The notes below the pieces were generated by a model. That model had not been told where the DNA came from, made no database searches, and saw only the letters and a list, made by a program, of their open reading frames with translations. A program made the position numbers and the translations under genes. DNA of 63,998 bases, the filler included, from Olpidium bornovanus S191 (Eukaryota; Fungi; Olpidiomycota): assembly GCA_017911155.1 (NCBI GenBank). It is 32 parts of 32 records of this genome, joined end to end, with 100 filler letters (N's around TTAATTAATTAA, not from the genome) between each part and the next. Parts side by side here need not be neighbours in the genome. Positions count along the whole stretch, not along the records: positions 59,210 to 61,074 come from JAEFCI010010145.1; positions 61,175 to 62,895 come from JAEFCI010007463.1; positions 62,996 to 63,998 come from JAEFCI010008198.1; 29 more parts are not named here. The stretch is one strand, 5' to 3'. Shown here in pieces: positions 59,210 to 63,998 of this stretch. The number at the start of each line of letters is the position of its first letter. Positions within the stretch are counted from its first letter, which is position 1.

Positions 59210-59921
59210 CATGATGATGGCACATTGACCCTGAATGCTGTTTGACCGCGCGCAACCGTCAGTCAAGTTACATAGACAACGGTAAAAACCAGAATGCCTA
59301 CCACGCCGGCGATACCTACTAGTATCCGTCGCGCAAGCCGCCGAACTTTTCCTGACCGGCAGTATCCCAGGTGTTGAAGCAGATGGTTCCACAGTTTGTA
59401 GTGAAGGTGAGGGGATGGACCTCGACACCAAGGGTGGCTGGGAGAAAAAGGAAACGTCAGCGAACAACAAGAAAATAAACGTCGTTGAAAAATCCAAAAC
59501 GCACCAATGTACTTTTTCTCGAACTCTCCCGTCAAATGCCGCTTGACGAAACTAAACGGAAACCAGATACCGCAATATGTTAGGTAACGTCTCCAGTAAA
59601 GCAAATCCCGGGACAATACGAAACCGGCTTACGTGGTTTTGCCAGTGCCACCATCACCAACTAGATAGATACACGCGGGTGTGGCGTGCGTGGACAACCA
59701 AGCCCCGCAAGCGGTCACGAGGTACACGCAAAAATACGCGTCGTCAACGTTGAACACAATCGGCTGCACGTAGCAACAGGTGACAACCTCGGGTGTGCCG
59801 CCCCGAAAAGAAGACACAAGCGGGAAAAATCTTGGCCTTCAACGCGGCCGCCAAACGCGTCAGGGAATAGTTCCCTACCAAGAACGAGCTTAAAAGTGGG
59901 GACGCCCTGTTGTTCTGCCAT
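59210..59921 (-). CDS. GSP1: Ran GTPase, N-terminal five exons
   Basis: [14 protein letters not shown]|VGDGGTGKT|[16 protein letters not shown]|[10 protein letters not shown]...[17 protein letters not shown]|IQGQCAIIM. Confidence 0.97.
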
Positions 59922-62239
59922 GCCTGCCAGACGAGGATTTCGTCAAAACCGGAATGTAAACGCAAGGGCACCCTGTTTTCATTAAGGATTGTGCATGGCT
60001 TGCAGGGAAGTTCGCTACTCCGCGCCAAGCGAGCGAGCACGGCTGGGACCAAAGAAGGAGGGGCGAGAGGGAGAGGGTGTGCTGAGGGGACAAGGGGGAA
60101 GGTGCGCCTTTGCTAGAAGCGAGCGGCTCGTGACGGTCGCAGACGCATCGGCGGCAGATAGAAGCACGTGAGCGATGGAGGAGGGGAGAAGCGGGGAAAG
60201 GGTCGGGGACGCTTCGGAAGGGATTGGAAAAGGGACAGTGGGCTGCCCAGAGGCCGCAAACGGGGGGCAGGCGGCGCACCGGGGAGGGCACCCGTTGCGA
60301 CAACCGACCTGCGGGGGGTCCTTAGACGTAAATCTCGTTGTCGTCCGCAGACGGGGTCGAGGCGGGTTCTTTCCTCGTGATGGCGAAAAGGGAAGGGGGA
60401 AAAGGCGGCGGAGGGGAAGAGGGCGAGGCCCGCGGCGGTTATTTGTTTCCTGGCGTTTCCCGGGCGGAAAACAAAAAAAAAAAAAAAAAAAAAAAACAAA
60501 AAAAAAAAAGAAATTGCTGCCCTGTAGCTTGTCTGGCGAAAAAGCAGGGCCATCTTTGGATGATAATTACGTAAGATGGTGCATCAAAACCTAGTGTAAA
60601 ATAAGCCGAGAAATTAGCTCAAATATAGTGTAAAAACGTGGAGTGCTGGCCACCAAGGTCTACGAGCACGGGCATTTTGAGGCCGTTCCTACGTTTGAAT
60701 GTTGTTTGTTGGCGAGATGTTATGCCGGATGGCCTTACCGTCGCCTATCTTAAGTGCCAATGCAAGGGCACGTCTCTTGGCCTTCTAGGGCAGTTGATCA
60801 CATGACGGTGCGTCCCTCGATCCAGCAGAACTGCCAAACGAAAAAAAAGGTAGGCCACGAACTGTCAAAGGAGAAAAAGAAAGGTTGCCGCGAAATGTCA
60901 AAAAAAAAACCAGATATATAAGAAGCCTGTACTGGCACCCCTCAACATTGAAACATGACTGAGATCCTACAAGTGAGCAAACAACCGTGTCCCGAATAAC
61001 GCACAGCCCCAGCACTGTCGTCAGCGTTCGGACCTCCGTGATGCGAAACTCTTTGCACAAAAGGTTTTTTTACCNNNNNNNNNNNNNNNNNNNNNNNNNN
61101 NNNNNNNNNNNNNNNNNNTTAATTAATTAANNNNNNNNNNNNNNNNNNNNNNNNNNNNNNNNNNNNNNNNNNNNCCCGCATACGGCGGGGTCCCGCCAAT
61201 CTTTTCCAGGGCTTCCAGAATGGGGCGTTCAGGCCAGCCGCGGCGCGGTCGTCAAGCGCGTGGAGTTGATGATCGGGTGGAGAATCCGAAATGGAGCAAA
61301 ACACGATATCCGCCGCGTTGTGGTCGGCGACTCGTCCACTGACTACTTCCAAATTCGCGTGCAGCAAGCCCTAGATCGGGGAGGGAGCTTGGACAGACGG
61401 CCAAATGTGGAGATGCTGTCATCCACGACGAAGCACTCGGCGGCTGTGGTCCGCGCCTCCCGCCCCCCGCCCGCTGAACCACATCGCACTCGGCGGCTGC
61501 CAAGCTCCCTGTAATCGTCGGGCCGCTAACGTACCACCAGCCCCGGCCCGGACAATATCCAGGCGTTCCCCGCGCCCCAGTCTGCCGGCTCACGCGTCCT
61601 CGACCCCGAGGAAGCCGTTCGGCCGGCTGCGAGTCGGCCGCGTAAACTGACGCGATTCAGCGCGGAAACGTCAGACGGGCATTTTGTGCGCGAATGTTAG
61701 ACGGTCACATTCCCCCGGGAAAACGGGACCCACCAAAGAACGAGAAACGAGACTCGCCAAAGAACGAAAAGCGGGACCTCTTCCGTTGCTCATTCCAGCC
61801 GCCCTCCTCAAAACGCCAGCTCTGCGATGGCCGGGTTGGCGAGTTACGCCGACGAGCTTCTGCTTTGCCGGACCCATCCCCGCACGCACATCGCAAAAGG
61901 TCCGCCGCCATTGGCGAAAGCCTCCAAGAATCCAGGCCCTGTCTTTCGCTGACGGACGTTGATTCCTCGCCATCGAGGTGCCGCTTGCTCACCAGTCGGC
62001 CACGCCGCGCCTATGATCACCCTGTCGTTTGAACAATGTACGGACGCGAGAACTTTTTTGCAAAGGGCGTCGGTCGTCGACCCGGGCGTGTTCGAATGCC
62101 TCTCTGTATTGCACGGTCGTGATCAGCGATGGCTTCTCCCGCGTAAACATTATATCTTTCATATTGTTACACACCCCTCTCGCTATAGTAAGGCAAGTTC
62201 GATTCCAGTTCTGCAAAAAGCTGGTTGTTTTTCTGGATG

Positions 62240-62700
62240 TTCTTAAAAACAGTTGCGTGGCGTCCTATGGATCTTGCCCGCCCTGCGTCCAATCGGGTAA
62301 TTGGCGTGGCCGTCGCAATTCAGAGGGCTACACCGGTACATACAAAACCGGACGGAAAGGAAAAAAAGCCAAAGACAACAAAAAAAATTTGCGGGGCTTC
62401 CTTGTTCAATGAAGAGATGCACTACTGACATTAAACTACCGGCCTTAAGGCCAAGCGGGGGGAAATCGTTGAGCGTCACGTTCGTAGATGTCAGCAGAGC
62501 GTTTGCGCGGAGAGGTGAGGTGGGAAGGTGCGTGTTGGCTCTTGGGGGATGTCTACTCCCCCACGCTCCCAGGAGTTGACCCTCAGGATGTCTACTCCCA
62601 GCGCAGCCATGATCGTTTGGCCAATAAAGAAGTCATCAATGGCACGGTCTACGATGAAAAAAGGTATAAGGACCTTTCTGTCACCTGCGTGCGGGCCGAG
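62240..62700 (-). mobile_element. Possible degenerate Ty3/gypsy protease / RT-start relic
   Basis: VLIPFFIVDRAIDDFFIGQTIMAALGVDI resembles the retropepsin C-terminal F.V....D.ILG.D.L pattern. It is followed, with frameshifts, by VVHLFIEQGSP and MYRCSP, resembling the gypsy RT N-terminus. Weak. Confidence 0.3.
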
Positions 62701-63116
62701 GCAGTTCCTGCAGGTACGGTAGATGGGGTGCGGGGCTGCTCGCGTACTGTTTATTTTCGCGGCCACGGCGCTGCCCATGGCCGAGGCCGTGCGGGGCGCA
62801 GGCTGCGACGGTTGCACGCCGTCGGGCGAGTGCAGAGTCACCGAAAGAGGCGGCGGCGGCGTCTGCACGCGCGGTTTGCGGAACGAAAGAGGCACNNNNN
62901 NNNNNNNNNNNNNNNNNNNNNNNNNNNNNNNNNNNNNNNTTAATTAATTAANNNNNNNNNNNNNNNNNNNNNNNNNNNNNNNNNNNNNNNNNNNNCCCCC
63001 CACCCAAAAAAAAAACAAGGACGAAATTAAAACACAAGATCAAGCTTCTTTGGGATACAAATGGTGTTGCCTCACAAAAAAAAAACAAATATACACAAAA
63101 TCTAAGCTTCGTCGCC

Positions 63117-63297
63117 TCAACCAAGATTCACCGAATTGGAAAGCTGCCTGAGTTTCTTTTCTTCGACGAAGAACTCGAGGGCGTTGGCGATAGTCGTCTT
63201 TGCGATCGCTACAAGGAATGCCTGGTGCGCCGTGACAATGACGTTCGGAAAGCTCATGAGGCGGACCAGCACATTGCCGTCAATAACGCTGCCGCTC
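63117..63297 (-). CDS. D-lactate / D-2-hydroxyacid dehydrogenase, last exon
   Basis: CTCCAG acceptor followed by SGSVIDGNVLVRLMSFPNVIVTAHQAFLVAIAKTTIANA, containing the catalytic HQAF motif of the LdhA-like family. Confidence 0.75.
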
Positions 63298-63998
63298 CTG
63301 GAGAACCACAACAAAGGGAGACGACCTCAGCGCCCTTCTTCACCAAGTCGCGCCTAAATCTCAACCATGTGCTGGCTGCGAGTCAATGCGCCGCTTCCAC
63401 GCATTCGGCATCGATGGGACTGTCGGCGACCGCGGAGAATACGGACTATTCTCAGCCGGCGCCCCGGGTGGTCTCCCAGCAGGCCGACTTGTGCATCTGG
63501 TGTGACGCGCATGGGCGTCGACGCACTCAATGCCAAAATTTCCAAGCGGCGTTTGAACGCTTAGGCGGTGCAGTTTGGTGGTCGGAAGAATCTGTAGGCC
63601 GGACTGGTCCGTGCTTCCGTAGCGGTTCGGTAGGGGGGCGTTCGCCAGGTGGAGAGGCCAGGCGCCAAGCGCAACCGGGGCAGTTGCAGAGGCTGGCATG
63701 GGAAGACACTACGCGACGAGAATCCTGCAAACCGCGGACGAGGTTGATTCGTGGCACTGCTCGTCGAAGATCACGTTGATAAGCGATGGAGAATGGGATT
63801 GGGGGCGACCCAAAGGCTCACGGCCAGGGCTCTGACGGCCCGGCAGCACAGGAGTGGTTATACGACCCTGGGGAGTAAGGCTGCGACCGGGACGGGATCG
63901 CAGGTGAGCAGCGAGAAGTGCAAGGTCGCCTACCACCACACCGACACCCAGGTCTACAAGGAGCGGGGGAGTCGGACGACGCCGGGGGTACCGGCAGG

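Noticed and set aside
62197-62206. GTTCGATTCC B-box-like motif suggesting a tRNA or SINE
   Set aside because: The flanks do not form a T stem or cloverleaf, and there is no A box.

Overview
This is not one locus. It is about 32 short eukaryotic contigs (about 1-4.5 kb) joined by artificial 100-nt linkers (44 N + TTAATTAATTAA + 44 N). The DNA is GC-rich, intron-rich and full of homopolymers. Fungal-type genes (Zds1 C-terminal domain, Puc1/Cln-type cyclin, Ran1/Ksp1-like kinase) occur alongside genes usually absent from or highly diverged in Dikarya (phosphorylase kinase alpha/beta, a UBE2U-like E2, animal-like BLOC1S1). This points to an early-diverging, probably zoosporic, fungus; Olpidium is a guess. 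Recognisable, mostly partial genes: SRP68, REX4, a dsRBD/RNA helicase A-like N-terminus, an FLVCR-type MFS transporter, IPI3, a GBF1/Gea ARF-GEF, TOM22, a P5B ATPase, alanine aminotransferase, RFC2, ZFYVE19-like, coronin, a TBC Rab-GAP, GEP4, Ran and a D-lactate dehydrogenase exon. There is also an intron-containing tRNA-Tyr(GTA), three Ty1/copia remnants and a possible gypsy relic. The strongest sequence-level signal is probably technical: 24 of 63 contig ends lie at or within 2 nt of CATG, and several internal CATG sites coincide with abrupt homology breaks, suggesting CATG-cut and religated (chimeric) DNA. I found no convincing novel multi-gene system, and contig adjacency carries no biological meaning. 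All family assignments come from recalled motifs; no database searches were run.
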